A DNA stretch of 62,351 nucleotides, the filler included. It is 5 parts of 5 records of this genome, joined end to end, with 100 filler letters (N's around TTAATTAATTAA, not from the genome) between each part and the next. Parts side by side here need not be neighbours in the genome. Positions count along the whole stretch, not along the records: positions 58,863 to 62,351 come from SRR20825010_5512; 4 more parts are not named here. One strand, written 5' to 3'. Each line of letters opens with the position of its first letter. Positions within the stretch are counted from its first letter, which is position 1. Of this stretch, positions 60,956 through 62,351 are shown one piece after another. Both the position numbers and the translations under genes were made by a program. The notes below the pieces were generated by a model. It did not search any database and was not told where the DNA came from. It saw only the letters and a list, made by a program, of their open reading frames with translations.

Positions 60956-61846
60956 ATGGAAGATGATTTCGGCAAGGCCCTCCGTCAGACTGCCGAGCTG
61001 ATGGACCGGGAGCTTCGTGAGTTCCTGCCTGAAAACAACGGCCTTGAAAAGCAGCTCTATGAAGCGATGCGCTATTCGGTTCTCTCCGGCGGAAAGCGCT
61101 TGCGCGCCTTTCTGGTTATTCAGGCGGCGGATCTCTTTGGTGTGCCGCGCCTGCATTCGACGCGCGTTGCCTCGGCACTTGAAATAATTCACAGCTACTC
61201 CCTCATCCATGACGACCTGCCCTGCATGGACGACGATGATTTGCGCCGGGGAAAGCCGACGGTGCATAAGGCGTTTGACGAGGCGACAGCCGTGCTCGCC
61301 GGGGACGCGCTGCAATCGCTCGCTTTTGAGGTTATTGGCGATGCCCAAACCCATTCCTCGGCAGAGGTGCGCGTCAAGCTGGTCTCAAAACTGGCGCGCG
61401 CCATCGGAATGCGCGGCATGGTCGGCGGGCAGACAATGGACATCTACGCCGATGGCGATAATATCGATATTGTCACCATCACCCGGCTGCAGCAGCTCAA
61501 GACCGGCGCGCTCATTACCTTCGCCTGCGAGGCGGGCGCCATCCTCGGGCATGCATCTCCGCCACAGCTGCAGGCGCTCAAAGCCTATGCACATGATTTA
61601 GGGCTGGCCTTTCAGATTGCGGATGACATATTGGATACTGAGGGCAGCCCGGAAGATATGGGCAAGGCAACCGGCAAGGACGAAGCGGCAGGTAAAGTCA
61701 CCTTTGTTTCGCTCATGGGGCTGGAAGAGGCTAAAATCCATGCCGGCATGCTGGTTGATCAGGCAATCGATCATCTGGGACCTTTCGGACCGAAGGCTGA
61801 TCTGTTAAGACATGCGGCGCGCTTCGCGATTGAGCGCCGCAACTGA
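60956..61846 (+). CDS. ispA: Farnesyl-diphosphate (polyprenyl) synthase
   Basis: GGKRLR, HDDLPCMDDDDLRRG, GQ..D, KT, FQIADDILD. Confidence 0.94.
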   Translation: MEDDFGKALRQTAELMDRELREFLPENNGLEKQLYEAMRYSVLSGGKRLRAFLVIQAADLFGVPRLHSTRVASALEIIHSYSLIHDDLPCMDDDDLRRGKPTVHKAFDEATAVLAGDALQSLAFEVIGDAQTHSSAEVRVKLVSKLARAIGMRGMVGGQTMDIYADGDNIDIVTITRLQQLKTGALITFACEAGAILGHASPPQLQALKAYAHDLGLAFQIADDILDTEGSPEDMGKATGKDEAAGKVTFVSLMGLEEAKIHAGMLVDQAIDHLGPFGPKADLLRHAARFAIERRN

Positions 61847-61861
61847 AGACGGGTGAATATT

Positions 61862-62351
61862 TTGACGACGAGACCGGCTACCCCATTACTGGACACCATC
61901 GATTATCCGCAAGCCATGCGCAACCTGACGCTGCCAGAGCTAGTACAGCTCGCCGATGAGCTGCGTCAGGAGACAATCAGCGCTGTCTCCGTGACCGGTG
62001 GGCATCTGGGCGCGGGTCTTGGCGTTGTCGAACTCACCGTGGCGCTTCATCATGTCTTTAACACCCCGGCCGACCGTCTGATCTGGGACGTCGGCCATCA
62101 ATGCTATCCGCATAAGATCCTGACCGGACGGCGCGATCGTATTCGCACCCTGCGTCAGCCGGACGGTCTTTCCGGCTTTACCAAGCGGGCCGAGAGCGAA
62201 TATGACCCCTTCGGCGCGGCGCATTCCTCCACCTCTATCTCCGCAGGGCTCGGCATGGCGGTCGGGCGCGATCTGCAGGGACGGCATAACAATGTCATCT
62301 CCGTGATCGGCGACGGCGCGTTGAGCGCGGGCATGGCCTATGAGGCGATGA
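61862..62351 (+). CDS. dxs: 1-deoxy-D-xylulose-5-phosphate synthase, 3' truncated by window end
   Basis: Not in ORF track. [57 protein letters not shown]. Start is TTG 61862 or GTG 61853. Confidence 0.96.
   Translation, partial: MTTRPATPLLDTIDYPQAMRNLTLPELVQLADELRQETISAVSVTGGHLGAGLGVVELTVALHHVFNTPADRLIWDVGHQCYPHKILTGRRDRIRTLRQPDGLSGFTKRAESEYDPFGAAHSSTSISAGLGMAVGRDLQGRHNNVISVIGDGALSAGMAYEAM

Overview
This window is not one locus. It is five contigs joined by 100-bp linkers (44 N + TTAATTAATTAA + 44 N) at 17303-17402, 29916-30015, 54174-54273 and 58763-58862, from at least three lineages; taxonomy is inferred by eye from gene content and sequence style. (1) 1-17302, Planctomycete (Rhodopirellula-like): HisA-like protein, DUF2617, trpG/pabA, Nudix, a GT2 / polytopic membrane protein / AsmA-like operon, atypical response regulator, SDR, CYTH, thiE, SGNH hydrolase, start of a DUF1559-type prepilin gene. 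(2) 17403-29915, alphaproteobacterium: partial tRNA-Glu, recJ, GNAT, glpX, hom, alaC, phaC, small proteins, EamA, argC, 3' end of rpsI. (3) 30016-54173, AT-rich Bacteroidota (Cytophagales-like): CaCA antiporter, gdhA, CASTOR/POLLUX-like channel, orphan NarL-type regulator, MarR-fadN-thiolase, an ECF-FecR surface-signalling cassette, a TPR protein and a probable oriC. (4) 54274-58762 and (5) 58863-62351, alphaproteobacterial housekeeping: gabD, gor, class II DAHP synthase; RND adaptor, HDAC-family, xseB, ispA, dxs. I saw no CRISPR array, transposase, integrase or phage gene. Most content is ordinary. The best candidate for an under-described system is the ECF/FecR cassette at 43823-50518: the STN signalling domain is fused to a beta-solenoid-repeat outer-membrane protein, while the co-encoded TonB-dependent receptor lacks it. 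I cannot establish novelty without database searches. Other leads are the oriC, the CASTOR/POLLUX-like channel, a possible NarL-controlled sRNA, a PhaC with a histone-like N-terminal tail and a CTG-start EamA gene.
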